Made by a program: the position numbers and the translations under genes. The notes below the pieces were generated by a model. The model did not search any database, was not told the origin of the DNA, and saw nothing but the letters and a program-made list of their open reading frames with translations. Positions 20,364 through 31,605 of a stretch of DNA of 64,000 nt are shown in pieces. Source of the stretch: a virus; the IMG/VR virus record IMGVR_UViG_3300007535_000003, positions 1 through 64,000 of that record, one strand, 5' to 3'. Position 1 is the first letter of the stretch. Each line of letters begins with the position of its first letter.

Positions 20364-21386
20364 TTATTCACTTTGTCTTGTTTCTATAGTATGAGTTTGA
20401 TATCTTGGGTCTTGAGCATTCTCTAACATCATATTAGCGGCTTCTTTTATTATTTCATCAAGTACTACATCAGCTAAATCAGCTGTCTTCCTTACTTCAC
20501 CACTGCCTGAAAAAGTAGTCTCAGTAGTGCCGAGAAATACATCTCCAGGATTATATGTAGTACCATCGTAAGTTATATCATTAACACTTACATCGTAGTA
20601 TATACCTTCTTCAATATCGCCGCTGTCAACTGTATCTATAGAAATATACTGGGGTATTTTTAAATACTTTATATAGTAATAGGCCACCCCATAATTGCCA
20701 TCTGTTGTAAGCATTACATCACTCTCCTCAAATAATCTCAAGGGGTGTGCACGCTTCCTGTAGAAATTATGTTCACTATAGGGATTCTCTGCCTGAAAAG
20801 CGTATGTAGCAGCAGTAGCTTCAGTTATACCTTGGCGCTTCCTAACACACTCATAAACTTCAGTATTAGCTGCAGTACTTTCACTGTAACTAGTAGAAGC
20901 AGCTTCAAAATAATCACCATTAGAATAAGCGGTACCATCATGTGTTACAGTATCTCCACTACCACTGACTTGTACTACTTTATACCAAGTACCAGTTACC
21001 AAACTAGTATTACCTACATCTGTAGGAGAATCTATTAAATAAACTATATCTACTTCTTCGCTAATACCGATCCAGTAGGAAGATGGAAGAGAAGCTTTAT
21101 ATACAGAGTTTCTATCGTAGCTATCCGAACTTCTTTCTACAGTTATTTGGGTAGCCCTTACTAGAGATCTAAGATCATCTATACGTTTTTGGCTCTGCTC
21201 AAAAGCTTCCCCCTTAACACCCGAACCACTAAACTTTCTTTTTACCTTTTCTCTTATAGCAGAGTTAATCCAATAGTCATATTCCTCAGGTTTAAACCCA
21301 ACAGAATCTAAAGAATCAGTTTTATCAATCTCAAACTTGACACCCATGTGCAAGTCCAAAACTGTATATTTCCTATTTCCTAACAT
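20364..21386 (-). CDS. Neck/ring protein
   Basis: FEQSQKRIDDLRSLV motif typical of crAss-like ring proteins. Confidence 0.65.
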   Translation of the reverse strand: MLGNRKYTVLDLHMGVKFEIDKTDSLDSVGFKPEEYDYWINSAIREKVKRKFSGSGVKGEAFEQSQKRIDDLRSLVRATQITVERSSDSYDRNSVYKASLPSSYWIGISEEVDIVYLIDSPTDVGNTSLVTGTWYKVVQVSGSGDTVTHDGTAYSNGDYFEAASTSYSESTAANTEVYECVRKRQGITEATAATYAFQAENPYSEHNFYRKRAHPLRLFEESDVMLTTDGNYGVAYYYIKYLKIPQYISIDTVDSGDIEEGIYYDVSVNDITYDGTTYNPGDVFLGTTETTFSGSGEVRKTADLADVVLDEIIKEAANMMLENAQDPRYQTHTIETRQSE

Positions 21387-22138
21387 TATTCTTTACTGTC
21401 AATTTCGTTGACTATAATTTGTTTAATTTCTTGATTTTGCTTGTCGTCTAAGAAAGCTATTGCATCTTCTAAATCCCTACCTATAGTTTCAGTACCATAC
21501 ATGTAGTTATTTCTATTCTTCCTTATAACATTCTTAGCTATAGCTTCCTCAATTAGGAATTGAGTTTCTTTATTCTTGTTGTTGACCCAAGTATCTAAGA
21601 ACTTCTGTGGATCATTTTCAACAAATTCAAATAATTTATTTTCAGCTTGTTCGCTGCTTGTACTATCAGCTTTTATACCGTAAAGCCTTAATGCTTTCCT
21701 AATTTCAGTAGAAGACATCTTATCAAATTCTTTAAAAGCTCTACGTTTAAGTCTTGCTGTAGTATTTTCCTTTTTAGCCTCTTCATCTCTATCTATAAGT
21801 ACATAATCTGCTGTAGCTTTACTCTGAGAAAGACCATCTTTAACTCTCCTATGATTCTTAAGAAATAAATATTTCAGTTCATCCATAGGACTATTTAAGT
21901 TCAATATGATAGGATCAGCCCCTACCCTTATAAAAAATGTATCCCAAAACTCAGAGTCTGGATGTAAGTCTTTCCTTACTTCTTTACTTAGTCTTTTTTC
22001 AGCTTCTTTACTCAGACCAGTATATCTTGAACCATCCCTTTTCAAGTACGGAGCAAGATCTTCATGGCAGTTTTTGTACCTTATAATATTAGCCCAAGGC
22101 TTTGCTTGTAGCGGTTCTAGTGTAATAGTTCTTTCCAT
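21386..22138 (-). CDS. Conserved crAss-like capsid-module protein (portal vertex/assembly)
   Basis: Directly downstream of MCP; YTGLSKEAEKRL, FWDTF, DELKYLFL motifs. Confidence 0.6.
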   Translation of the reverse strand: MERTITLEPLQAKPWANIIRYKNCHEDLAPYLKRDGSRYTGLSKEAEKRLSKEVRKDLHPDSEFWDTFFIRVGADPIILNLNSPMDELKYLFLKNHRRVKDGLSQSKATADYVLIDRDEEAKKENTTARLKRRAFKEFDKMSSTEIRKALRLYGIKADSTSSEQAENKLFEFVENDPQKFLDTWVNNKNKETQFLIEEAIAKNVIRKNRNNYMYGTETIGRDLEDAIAFLDDKQNQEIKQIIVNEIDSKE

Positions 22139-22169
22139 CTGTATTAATTTTTTTGTATTAAAAGACTTA

Positions 22170-22197
22170 AAGGGTAGAGCTAAACCCTACCCTAAGC
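22170..22197 (-). terminator. Hairpin/terminator after the major capsid gene
   Basis: AGGGTAG...CTACCCT inverted repeat in the intergenic gap. Confidence 0.5.
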
Positions 22198-22210
22198 CTA
22201 TTAGATTTTA

Positions 22211-23671
22211 TTATTCTGCATCAAGTATTAACTCACCAGAGCTTGTAGGATCTTTCAACATAAGACCTTGTTCTGCTAAAAAGTTAACCGTATAACCATC
22301 TTTGCCATTAGCTCTAAAAGTACTAATAGATTTGGCATGGCCAGAACCAGGTGCAACTGCACCAGATACGTGCCACATAACCATCTCTCTATCTTTCCTT
22401 ACTACCTTAACGAGATTAGGTTCGCCATCCCTAGAACCAATATCGAGGAATGTCATCCTATAAGACTCAAGAGGCTTACCTGAGACAGGATGAAGTTTAC
22501 GATTATAAGTTGTATTATCATATAAAGGCATATGCTTAAGTGTGAGCACAATACCATTAAGCATCTTATAAGTGGTAAATTGCCCACCAAGTGTAAGATT
22601 CTGACCCGAACCAGTTACAAATTTGGTATCTACCAGAGTATAGCTAGATGCTTTCTCTTTGAGCACCCTATCAAACTCTTTCATACCCATTTCACCAGTC
22701 AAGGCTACAAACCTACGCTCGTTTGTACCTAGTATATTATACGACAGATCAAACAAGAAATCTTCTAGTAAATCTGCTGTAAGTGTAGTATAATACCTTC
22801 TATTTGCGGGAGAAATTTGTTGCAATAGCCCTGCGCCTGTAAATACAGGACGACCACTGGTACCTTTCAACGAAGTAGTACCATTTTTATCTTGATTAGA
22901 TTCAGAATAGACCATCCAACGGTCAATAGTTTCATACCACTGACGAAGAGCTACCCACTCCTGATAATCTGACCACAGATAAGAAGTCTTATTAGACTGT
23001 GGATCTTTCATTGCAATTACCATAACAGAACTATAGGCACTTCCGGTAATATCGTAACGGAGCCTAAGAGTATTAAGGTGATTGCGCAGTTTAAAGGGAG
23101 TTTGATAATTAACGATATCAGCCTCGTCACTTCCCTCTTCATAAGCTGATCCTTCTCTACTAACTTTACGTCCAGCAGTAAGCATCGTTGGGTCAATGTA
23201 GTCATTAGACTGACCTACTACCTGTACAGTATATACCCAGTCAGTACCATCTTGGTAAGGCTCGCCCATTACACGAGCTTTAAATTGCCTATCATCAAAA
23301 GCCAAAATAGCTCCAGGTCCAAACCACTTCTCGGCTAACCAGAGTTTTACAGGAGTACCATCAATACCTGGTGTATCTGAAGAACTAATAGAACTACCTT
23401 GATACTTAGCATCTTTAATAGTAATAGCTCTATCTTGTTCAATAGCCACCGGCCATTCGTACTCTCTGTTTTGGATTGTGATAGTCTTACCCATACCACT
23501 GGTTAAAAAGTCAATGGTATTAGTTTCGTACCTTCCAAATATATAAGACAGGACGTTAGATACTTGGTGAGGTTCAGTCATCAATGCATTTGACAACATA
23601 TTTTCATCTGTCAACCCTGAGAAAAATTTAGTCTTGTAAAGTTGTAGATCATTTAAAACAGTAACGTCCAT
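22211..23671 (-). CDS. Major capsid protein
   Basis: 486 aa; LQLYKTKFFSGLTDENML, NREYEW, GAGLLQQI, TGEMGMKEFD; follows portal and scaffold. Confidence 0.9.
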   Translation of the reverse strand: MDVTVLNDLQLYKTKFFSGLTDENMLSNALMTEPHQVSNVLSYIFGRYETNTIDFLTSGMGKTITIQNREYEWPVAIEQDRAITIKDAKYQGSSISSSDTPGIDGTPVKLWLAEKWFGPGAILAFDDRQFKARVMGEPYQDGTDWVYTVQVVGQSNDYIDPTMLTAGRKVSREGSAYEEGSDEADIVNYQTPFKLRNHLNTLRLRYDITGSAYSSVMVIAMKDPQSNKTSYLWSDYQEWVALRQWYETIDRWMVYSESNQDKNGTTSLKGTSGRPVFTGAGLLQQISPANRRYYTTLTADLLEDFLFDLSYNILGTNERRFVALTGEMGMKEFDRVLKEKASSYTLVDTKFVTGSGQNLTLGGQFTTYKMLNGIVLTLKHMPLYDNTTYNRKLHPVSGKPLESYRMTFLDIGSRDGEPNLVKVVRKDREMVMWHVSGAVAPGSGHAKSISTFRANGKDGYTVNFLAEQGLMLKDPTSSGELILDAE

Positions 23672-23703
23672 TTCAATTTATTATTTAATTTATACTTTAT
23701 TTC

Positions 23704-24960
23704 TTAACCTTCGGACAAGATTTTAGATAACCTTCTTACCGTATCTAAGGATGAATTTTTGCCTCCAGAAACTCCTGAATTACCTGAGGATTGTCCTTTA
23801 GATCTTTTATTCTTACCTTTGCTTAACTTATTCTTAAGATTCTTAGTAGCATCGGTATTTGCTTTTCTTTGCAAATATTTAACTATATCATCCCCTTGCA
23901 TTGTAAAGAAAGCAGATTCTATCAAACTGTTATAAGACTTAGAATAATCTCTTTGATAGCCTGTCATTCCTTCCTTGTCCACCTCAAATAGGTAAGATTT
24001 CAAATCTTCCTTTTGTTTCTTTGTTAGAGGAATGCCTTTGACAGTATTCATACTATCTATAGTCCCCTTTACGTCCTCTATTACTTTTTGTTGCTGCTGT
24101 TCTTGCTCCTTACGTCGATTTTCCTGCTCTTTTAATAGCTTGTCCGTTTCCTTCTCGTCATACTTTTTCAATAACTCCTGAGACTCTGTAGCCTCCTCAG
24201 AAAGTACACCAGTATCTTCGTATCTTTCTATCTTATTATTTATACTATCTTCAGATAAACCTAACCTGCTTAATTGCTCCCGTATTACTTTCTTTTGAGT
24301 TTCAGTATCCCCTTCCAAGTCCACTTCACTAAGATTAGTATCTTTACTATATGCATCTAAATAGTCTTCTAACTTACCACCGTTAGCCACATAATCATTC
24401 ATCTTCTGTACATCTTCATTAGCAAAATTAGGCTGTGAACTCTGGTCTACTAGGTTATTCATAAAATCTACAAGACCTGATATAGACTTAGGCTTATCTT
24501 TATCTTCATAATCCCAACCAAGCTCTTGAGCAAATAGGTCAAAGAAAGAATCTACTATTTCTTCTTCATCTGACTCACTATCCTCTGGAGAGCCATCGCC
24601 CTCTTCAGATTCTTCAGATGATTCTTCCTCTGAAGTTTCTTCTGCGGACTGTTCCTCCTCAGATTCCTCAGCCTCCTCTTCTCCCTTTTGGCTTGAAGCC
24701 TCTGAGCTTTCTTCAGTTGTTTCTTCCTGTTCCTCTTCTGACGGTTCACCTGTTTCATTTTCATCCTCATTTTCTACATTATATTCCTCAGGTTGAGGCG
24801 GAGCCACCCCGCCTGTAGGTTCAGTTATAGTGGTAGTGGGGGAAGAAATTGAGCTTCCAGTATCGCCTAGTCCGAATACCTGCTTAAAGCCGTCCAGGAA
24901 GTCGCCTTTATCCCCATAATCCTTATAATTCAAATTACTTGTATCCTGTAACTCTTCCAT
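23704..24960 (-). CDS. Scaffold-like acidic protein
   Basis: Glu/Ser-rich low-complexity region; lies between portal and MCP. Confidence 0.65.
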   Translation of the reverse strand: MEELQDTSNLNYKDYGDKGDFLDGFKQVFGLGDTGSSISSPTTTITEPTGGVAPPQPEEYNVENEDENETGEPSEEEQEETTEESSEASSQKGEEEAEESEEEQSAEETSEEESSEESEEGDGSPEDSESDEEEIVDSFFDLFAQELGWDYEDKDKPKSISGLVDFMNNLVDQSSQPNFANEDVQKMNDYVANGGKLEDYLDAYSKDTNLSEVDLEGDTETQKKVIREQLSRLGLSEDSINNKIERYEDTGVLSEEATESQELLKKYDEKETDKLLKEQENRRKEQEQQQQKVIEDVKGTIDSMNTVKGIPLTKKQKEDLKSYLFEVDKEGMTGYQRDYSKSYNSLIESAFFTMQGDDIVKYLQRKANTDATKNLKNKLSKGKNKRSKGQSSGNSGVSGGKNSSLDTVRRLSKILSEG

Positions 24961-24971
24961 CTCTAAAATAT

Positions 24972-27320
24972 TTAACTATTATTACTTTGATTATTCTTCA
25001 TTTGCTTAGCTTTCAGCTCTAGCTCCTTTCCCTTAAGTTCTTCTTGTACTCTATTCTGCCTTTTCTCCTCTTCTAGCTTCTCTTGTTTCATCCTAGCTTC
25101 TTGAGCTTTCAATTCTGACTGTTGCATATCTAATTCAGACTTATAACCAGAATCAGATTGTTTATCCTCAGATCCAATAAGAGCTACTTCAATATCGGTT
25201 CTAGCCTTCCTTATAGAATCTTCTTCTTTAATCCTATCCTCGTTATACTTTTGCTTAAGTTCCATCTGAATCTTCCTAAGTTCAGCTTGTTGCTCATTCC
25301 CCTGACTTTGTTCACTAGCCTTTTGTCTAGCAGAATCTATATCCTTCAATTTATTATTAATCTCTGGTATGCTGTTAGACTTAAGCATCTCTGCAACTTC
25401 AGATAGACTAGCTCCTTGGCTAAGTGCGGACTCCGCAAGATTGTGCATAACTTGTACTTTCCTATGCTCCTCAGTAGAATTACTTACAAATACATCAAAG
25501 TCAGCGTATTGGAAATCTTCAGTAATATTAATAAATGATCTTTTCATATCATCCATAATAAACTGCAGTTTCTTCTTATCACTATCAGCCCAAGCTACCT
25601 TAGCAGTATTAAGTACAGCAGTATATAACCTTCGTTTTATATCGTTATGTCTCCAGAACAAAGGTTCTGTAATATGTGAAGATTGAACCACAGATCTTTC
25701 AACATTGCCTACTAACTCTCGTTGAGATATAGAACCCTGTCTTTGTTTAGATATACCTGATAACTCACTTACCATCTGTTCAATCTTATCTAGTAACTGT
25801 ATATACTCGCTTATTACTTTTGACATAGTTAAATCTACGCTAGACATTTGATTAAAAGCAGCAGCTTGGCCGCCTTCTCTGCCTGGTATATCCCACCCCT
25901 CTTCATAGGGATTTATAAAGTTTACACCAAAAGAACTAAGGTAGTGAAGCCAACTTTGTATATCTAAGCCCTGACTTTTAGGTATTTGAGTTATATCCAT
26001 ATTCAGTATTCTACCCTTATTCTGAGCCATAGCTAATTCAAGTCTATACCAAATAATAATATACATGTACTGTAGGGGCTTCATAATATCAACTAATGAA
26101 GTTGACTCTGAGTTATCATCACTATATACGGAACCGATATAAGGTAGCTTGTTGGAACTAGGTTCATCTATTGAAAATTCTTGGTTAGGTATAGGTTCAA
26201 TACCAACATAGATATCATTGCCTATTTTATATCCTTCCCATACTTCAGTAACCCATTCCCACTTTATTTCAGCACCTTTCTGTTTCTCTTCTTCACTAAC
26301 CTTATAGGTTTCATCTACTGTCTCTTCAATCTCTTCACCAGTCTCATCATCTATATAAGTCAGGAACCCTATTTTCTTAAACGACTTCCATACTACATGA
26401 TAAACATCTATATTATTAATACCAGAGTCCCCTAAATCTTTAGGATTATCAGCTAAATTAGTTCTATAAACAACTTTATTATAGTTAACATCACTAGCTT
26501 TACCTGTAGCAGGTTGTCCACCAGACAGCTCTATAAGCCTGTCTAAATAATCACTTTCTTTAAGCAAATCATAAAACCTATCATATATAGCTGCTGGAGA
26601 CATTGACATATGCCTTATAGCATAATCACCATCTTCTATTCTATATATATCAGGGCTTTTATCATAATAAAACCCTACAGGATTAACACGTTCAGCTATA
26701 GGCTCCCCGTTTATTATACCGTTATAATAAATCTCTATACCAGCTATAATACCATCCTTGAGACCCTTTAAAGTTTCATCAGTTAAATTCAATTTGGACT
26801 TTAAATATTGAAGAGTACCATAAGCAGTCATTTCAGCTATATCGCTAAAATCTTGTTCTATATAATCTTGAATATTATCAGGGGTTATAGATTCTACAGA
26901 ATCTTCCCCTCCACCAGACTGTAACTTTCCAATTACTGATTGAAATAACATTTCCTTAGCAGCTTCCTCTGCTGCAGAACTACTATCTCTATTAGTCTGA
27001 ATAACTTTAAATGTATCAGGTCTCTTAGAAGCTTCACCTATAAGTAAGTCAACTTTAGGCTTAACTATATTATAATTTTGGGGAGAAGCTGGAAATCCTT
27101 CCTCAGTCTTATAAGGATCGATAACGTATTCTATATCTTTTTCGTGGAATTTACTATTATACAAATCGTACTTTATCTTCAATTCCATATCATCTGAGCC
27201 ATCTATAGCAGCTACCCCTACCCAATAATCTAAATTGGATTCTTTCCACTCTTTATCCTTTTGACTAAGTGGTAATTTTTGTATAGGTAGTACTGACCCA
27301 CTGTTGTTATGTGTAGCCAT
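24972..27320 (-). CDS. Portal protein
   Basis: LPIQKLPLSQKDKEWK, YNIVKPKVDLLIGE, WVTEVWEGYKIG, SLVDIMKPLQY; follows TerL. Confidence 0.9.
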   Translation of the reverse strand: MATHNNSGSVLPIQKLPLSQKDKEWKESNLDYWVGVAAIDGSDDMELKIKYDLYNSKFHEKDIEYVIDPYKTEEGFPASPQNYNIVKPKVDLLIGEASKRPDTFKVIQTNRDSSSAAEEAAKEMLFQSVIGKLQSGGGEDSVESITPDNIQDYIEQDFSDIAEMTAYGTLQYLKSKLNLTDETLKGLKDGIIAGIEIYYNGIINGEPIAERVNPVGFYYDKSPDIYRIEDGDYAIRHMSMSPAAIYDRFYDLLKESDYLDRLIELSGGQPATGKASDVNYNKVVYRTNLADNPKDLGDSGINNIDVYHVVWKSFKKIGFLTYIDDETGEEIEETVDETYKVSEEEKQKGAEIKWEWVTEVWEGYKIGNDIYVGIEPIPNQEFSIDEPSSNKLPYIGSVYSDDNSESTSLVDIMKPLQYMYIIIWYRLELAMAQNKGRILNMDITQIPKSQGLDIQSWLHYLSSFGVNFINPYEEGWDIPGREGGQAAAFNQMSSVDLTMSKVISEYIQLLDKIEQMVSELSGISKQRQGSISQRELVGNVERSVVQSSHITEPLFWRHNDIKRRLYTAVLNTAKVAWADSDKKKLQFIMDDMKRSFINITEDFQYADFDVFVSNSTEEHRKVQVMHNLAESALSQGASLSEVAEMLKSNSIPEINNKLKDIDSARQKASEQSQGNEQQAELRKIQMELKQKYNEDRIKEEDSIRKARTDIEVALIGSEDKQSDSGYKSELDMQQSELKAQEARMKQEKLEEEKRQNRVQEELKGKELELKAKQMKNNQSNNS

Positions 27321-27324
27321 ATTT

Positions 27325-30300
27325 TTATCTTAACCGGTTAAAATTATATTTTCTATCTTCAGTGAAAAACCTAGTTTGAAAGAACTTATCAATAGTTTTC
27401 TCACTCCTTTTCTTATCCTTAACATGTACATTATGTAATTCTTTTTTATACAACATTACCATCATTAATGAAATTACTCGGTCAAAGTTGCCCTTATCGT
27501 TATAAGATATTAACTCATCTAACAATGGTAATGAGAATATTTTCTCCAAATTCTTATGGCCTGGTGAATATTCTTCATTAAGCCAATCTCGTATTTCTCG
27601 TTCAGCCCAATCTTTTATACCTTTAGTCATATGAATACCCTTCTTACGTTGTACCTTAGATACTTGCACAATGTCATGTATAATATCAGGCTGATTAGCT
27701 AACATATAATCAACACCCTTATTAGCAAAATAAGCGTACATACCTTTACGCTCATTCTCGTATAAAGCCCTTGCATTATAGTATTTAAGTAGCCTGTAGA
27801 CATTTTCATAATACTCATTAGCCGTATCTGGTCTACCTGTATATTCAGCTACTATTATATCATAGTACTGTTCAAATGACTGAAATCTTTTATATATAAT
27901 AGTGCTCCCTAAAGAAGAAGTACCAGAATCATCATGGTCATAAGGGTCAATACCAGCTATATATAGACCATACGGAGGATCTTCAACAGGATGCTCCCAT
28001 ATAACTATAGCCCCTTCTTTGCTATCATTTTTATCTAAAGGAAACTTCTCTATATCTTTAGCTCCAGATAGCTGGTTCCACCTTAGTCTACCAGCCCCAT
28101 CATACTCAAGACTACCCACCTGTTTATAGTTTTTCAGCTTCTTATCCCCCATTATCCTAGCTTTCTGTGCCTGTAGTTCTTTCTTAGGGAATATATTACC
28201 AGTCAACTGTAAGGTAGCTTCTCTAGGCGTATTTGGGTGTTCCGCAATATACCTATCTACAGAATTCTTATCACCAGAATGCTCTTCTACCTCCTTACGT
28301 TGCCTATTAGATTCTTCTATAGCTTCATCTATTGAGGAATTACCATCCTCATTCATAAAGCCTTGCATATTCATATAGTTAGGTACAAAAAAGCCACATG
28401 CTGTTTCATAAGCACCATCATCCCATACATTCCTTATAGGTAGAACATTATAAGCCCTAGGTTTATAAAACAACTCTTTTAAGCTAGAATAGTCTGCCTC
28501 TTCTGTATTATGCGTAATTACACCATTACCTAAATAAGTATTAGTATTTGAAGCTGTTAAATTATAAACAGGATTAATACCAGTATGTTTAATAGATATA
28601 ACTTTCTCATGCCTTAGTCCATTATATTTTCTTTGGGGTTTTTTGTCTTTATTATAATCCCAAATATTATTTAATTTTTCTTGCTTATTTTTTATAAGTA
28701 AATTAAAATTTTCAACAAACAAAGTTAAACTTCTACAATCACTGATATTAAATTCATGCCAAGCATTGACATCTTTTGGATTATTATCTCTAGGTTGCCT
28801 GGTTCTTAATTTACCATGTATGCCAAATTTTTGTAATATTAGTTGTAACTCTTTTAATATCTCTAAATTATTTTGGCTCAAACTTATTTCAGATAAATAT
28901 TTACCTTTTCTTTTATTATTTACTCTAAAACTTATATACCCATCAGCATCATACAATCCAGCAACAAACTCTGAAATAGATTTTTTATTCCATTTATGTA
29001 CATCTTTTGGCAATCTTTTATCAGATTTAGTTTGTCCAAATATACCATGATATCTAAGAGTATCATTAAAGTTTAATATACCAGCTTCTTTATATATTCT
29101 CTTATCTTTATTTTCCCTCTCTAAATATACAGCATTGGAATAATTATCATCTATATAATCCCAAAGCTCTTTGTCACAATTAGCAAATTTAGGAGTACTA
29201 TTACCATAAGTACCATCCCCTACTAGCATGCCTAATAGTCTAGCGTCTTCTACCTCTTTATCGCCAAATATTGGTAATTTGTCTATAACTGATATTAAAT
29301 CACCTTCAGCTATATTACCAGCTTCTTTCCAGTCATGTCCTATTATTCTTCTATTCTGCCTTTTGTGATATTTATTCCATCCTTTATCTTTAAATATTGG
29401 AGAATAAATAGGATGATCCGTACTGCACTCTATTGTTCTACCAGAATCAGTAGTTAATTTAATAGTTTCTTTTTCAGTATATGGTTGTTGATAAGCTATA
29501 TCTTCTTTACTATAATTACCAGACATTTCATCAAAACCAATTATACCTTCATTTTTAACTAAATCTTCTATATTTATTAATTCACCTTTATTATTAAATA
29601 CTTTGTTCCCAGCTGTTAAACAACCTCCCGTACCAAAAGAAATCATTGTACCAAAAGCCACACCATCCTGTTCTACCGAAGGTTGAGCTATCTGCCACGA
29701 TTGAAGCAAATTTGGAAATTTACCTGATTCTTCCCAGACAATTAGTTTAGCTGCTTTACCTCTAGCTTTTTGAGGATCATTCTTTAGAGTAACACCTATA
29801 ATTTCAGATTTATATCCCTTCTCTATTTTACTGCCTCCCTTAGTAGTATAGAAAGAAGCCCTTCTATGCATATTGGTGTCTATTGCTTGTCTCTTCTTAG
29901 TCCAAGCTGTATTATCATCTATCCAACTCATCATATCCCAAGCCTTGGACAGTACACCATCTTTCGTTAAAAATTCCTTTTCTGAGGCTATAGCATAAGA
30001 TATCGATTCGGGTATAAGGAAGAAATTTCTATTCAACATTGCAGCAACTTTATACGAATAACCTGACCTACGCTTTTTAAGCACAGCCATATGACTACCC
30101 CTATTTTCTGCTTCTTCTACTGCGTCAAAATACTCCTTATCATAGTCCCAGAAATTTGGAAATCCCCTGTCCCTAGTAGGTATAACCTTAGTACCACCAC
30201 TACCATCAGGAACTTCTTTCTCAACTACTTTCATTATGGGGCAATAATTTAAATAAAAATAGTGATAGCCTGTAATACTATCACCATCTTCAGCAGTAAA

Positions 30301-30465
30301 GCCATCGGTACTACGTTTCATTTCTCTGTCCCAATAACGCTTATATTCTGTAGTACCTGGGGGAGCTGCAGTATACATGCTGTTTTCTTCAAAATACTTA
30401 GCAGCTGGCCTAAATTTATCAGTATTTTTAAATTTTCTAACCCTTACTTCGTATGTATCTTCCAT
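27325..30465 (-). CDS. terL: Terminase large subunit containing an intein
   Basis: LKKRRSGYSY Walker A-like, VWEESG Walker B, YIAGIDPYD nuclease, NFDRV. Confidence 0.93.
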   Translation of the reverse strand: MEDTYEVRVRKFKNTDKFRPAAKYFEENSMYTAAPPGTTEYKRYWDREMKRSTDGFTAEDGDSITGYHYFYLNYCPIMKVVEKEVPDGSGGTKVIPTRDRGFPNFWDYDKEYFDAVEEAENRGSHMAVLKKRRSGYSYKVAAMLNRNFFLIPESISYAIASEKEFLTKDGVLSKAWDMMSWIDDNTAWTKKRQAIDTNMHRRASFYTTKGGSKIEKGYKSEIIGVTLKNDPQKARGKAAKLIVWEESGKFPNLLQSWQIAQPSVEQDGVAFGTMISFGTGGCLTAGNKVFNNKGELINIEDLVKNEGIIGFDEMSGNYSKEDIAYQQPYTEKETIKLTTDSGRTIECSTDHPIYSPIFKDKGWNKYHKRQNRRIIGHDWKEAGNIAEGDLISVIDKLPIFGDKEVEDARLLGMLVGDGTYGNSTPKFANCDKELWDYIDDNYSNAVYLERENKDKRIYKEAGILNFNDTLRYHGIFGQTKSDKRLPKDVHKWNKKSISEFVAGLYDADGYISFRVNNKRKGKYLSEISLSQNNLEILKELQLILQKFGIHGKLRTRQPRDNNPKDVNAWHEFNISDCRSLTLFVENFNLLIKNKQEKLNNIWDYNKDKKPQRKYNGLRHEKVISIKHTGINPVYNLTASNTNTYLGNGVITHNTEEADYSSLKELFYKPRAYNVLPIRNVWDDGAYETACGFFVPNYMNMQGFMNEDGNSSIDEAIEESNRQRKEVEEHSGDKNSVDRYIAEHPNTPREATLQLTGNIFPKKELQAQKARIMGDKKLKNYKQVGSLEYDGAGRLRWNQLSGAKDIEKFPLDKNDSKEGAIVIWEHPVEDPPYGLYIAGIDPYDHDDSGTSSLGSTIIYKRFQSFEQYYDIIVAEYTGRPDTANEYYENVYRLLKYYNARALYENERKGMYAYFANKGVDYMLANQPDIIHDIVQVSKVQRKKGIHMTKGIKDWAEREIRDWLNEEYSPGHKNLEKIFSLPLLDELISYNDKGNFDRVISLMMVMLYKKELHNVHVKDKKRSEKTIDKFFQTRFFTEDRKYNFNRLR
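28507..29622 (-). mobile_element. Intein with LAGLIDADG endonuclease (372 aa) in TerL
   Basis: Starts GTGG|CLTAGNKV and ends GVITHN|TEE (Thr +1); CSTDHPI block B; LLGMLVGDG and FVAGLYDADG motifs. Confidence 0.93.
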
Positions 30466-31031
30466 TATTCTGATGATTGTTTATCAGGTATCTCGTATAT
30501 ACCAATTTCACTTCCACCCCTAGCTTCACTTAATTCCATCTGTTCTTTCTCTACTTGCTTCTCTAACTGTGTCAAAGACTTAACTATATTGCCTACTTCT
30601 TTAAGATTAAATGCATAGTCCCTAGCTGAATACTTAGGTTTACCATAATTGTCTATAGCTTCAAAATCTACCCTATCAAAATAATTAGCTAGCTTCTGCG
30701 CACCGTTTTTAGCAGATTGCAGCAGTCTAGAGTTAGTAGTTTTCTGCATCTCATTATACTTCTCTATAGCCTCTTGCACTAAGTTATTAGGCTCCCAATC
30801 GGGACTACCAAATAGATCTTCCCTTATCTTTTTATCTTTATCAAAATCAGAGTAAGCATTGTATGGATTCTTCCTAGACATATTACAAAGAAATGTAACA
30901 TAAGCAATCTCATTGTATGCTTTACTCTTACCTTTAGATTTGTCCCTATCCCATATCTTTTTAAAAGGTGGTATATAAAGATTTGTGGGATTGAGTACTA
31001 ACCTATCATTCTCTATATCAAATAATTCCAT
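30465..31031 (-). CDS. Conserved protein upstream of TerL (terminase small subunit candidate)
   Basis: FKKIWDRDKSKGK..AYNEIAY; abuts terL. Confidence 0.5.
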   Translation of the reverse strand: MELFDIENDRLVLNPTNLYIPPFKKIWDRDKSKGKSKAYNEIAYVTFLCNMSRKNPYNAYSDFDKDKKIREDLFGSPDWEPNNLVQEAIEKYNEMQKTTNSRLLQSAKNGAQKLANYFDRVDFEAIDNYGKPKYSARDYAFNLKEVGNIVKSLTQLEKQVEKEQMELSEARGGSEIGIYEIPDKQSSE

Positions 31032-31106
31032 AGGACGTTATATTATCTGTAAAACGTATTAATAAGCATTCAAGTTACGTACACAGTTATGTTTGTTACA
31101 TAACCC

Positions 31107-31337
31107 TTATCTTCTTAATACTTTTTTAGCTAATGTTTTAGAATAATACTTATTTTTATTCATCTTCTCCTTCTGTATAAAAGCCCCTAAGTATGTGATC
31201 CTAACAGGATAATTGTCAGTCTGATGTTCCATTACATCACGCAAAAACTTAAAGGGATGCTTGGTAACAGCCTCTATTACTCTAACATCCCTATTGTATT
31301 TTTTAGCTAATTCCTTCCTAACTCTCTTCTCCTTCAT
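31107..31337 (-). CDS. Small HU/IHF-like DNA-binding protein
   Basis: Basic; HPFKF...PVRITYLGAF. Confidence 0.55.
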   Translation of the reverse strand: MKEKRVRKELAKKYNRDVRVIEAVTKHPFKFLRDVMEHQTDNYPVRITYLGAFIQKEKMNKNKYYSKTLAKKVLRR

Positions 31338-31605
31338 CTAATAACATTTCTTTTCCGTATTTACCATTAAGATCTTTATTCATCTTATATCCATCTGAAA
31401 GAAATATACCATCTGGCTGTCCACCCATACTATCTCCATGAGAGTACTCTATTACACTGTTACAATCTTTACATTTAAAATAATAATTCCACCAACCTTT
31501 ATTAGTAAGTAGCACTACCCTACGGGATTCACATACAGGACACTTTTTACCGTTATAATCGTTATCCCATGCCTTGCTAAAACTATTCATTAACTCTTTT
31601 TTCAT
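31318..31605 (-). CDS. Zinc-ribbon protein
   Basis: CPVC...CKDC. Confidence 0.55.
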   Translation of the reverse strand: MKKELMNSFSKAWDNDYNGKKCPVCESRRVVLLTNKGWWNYYFKCKDCNSVIEYSHGDSMGGQPDGIFLSDGYKMNKDLNGKYGKEMLLDEGEES

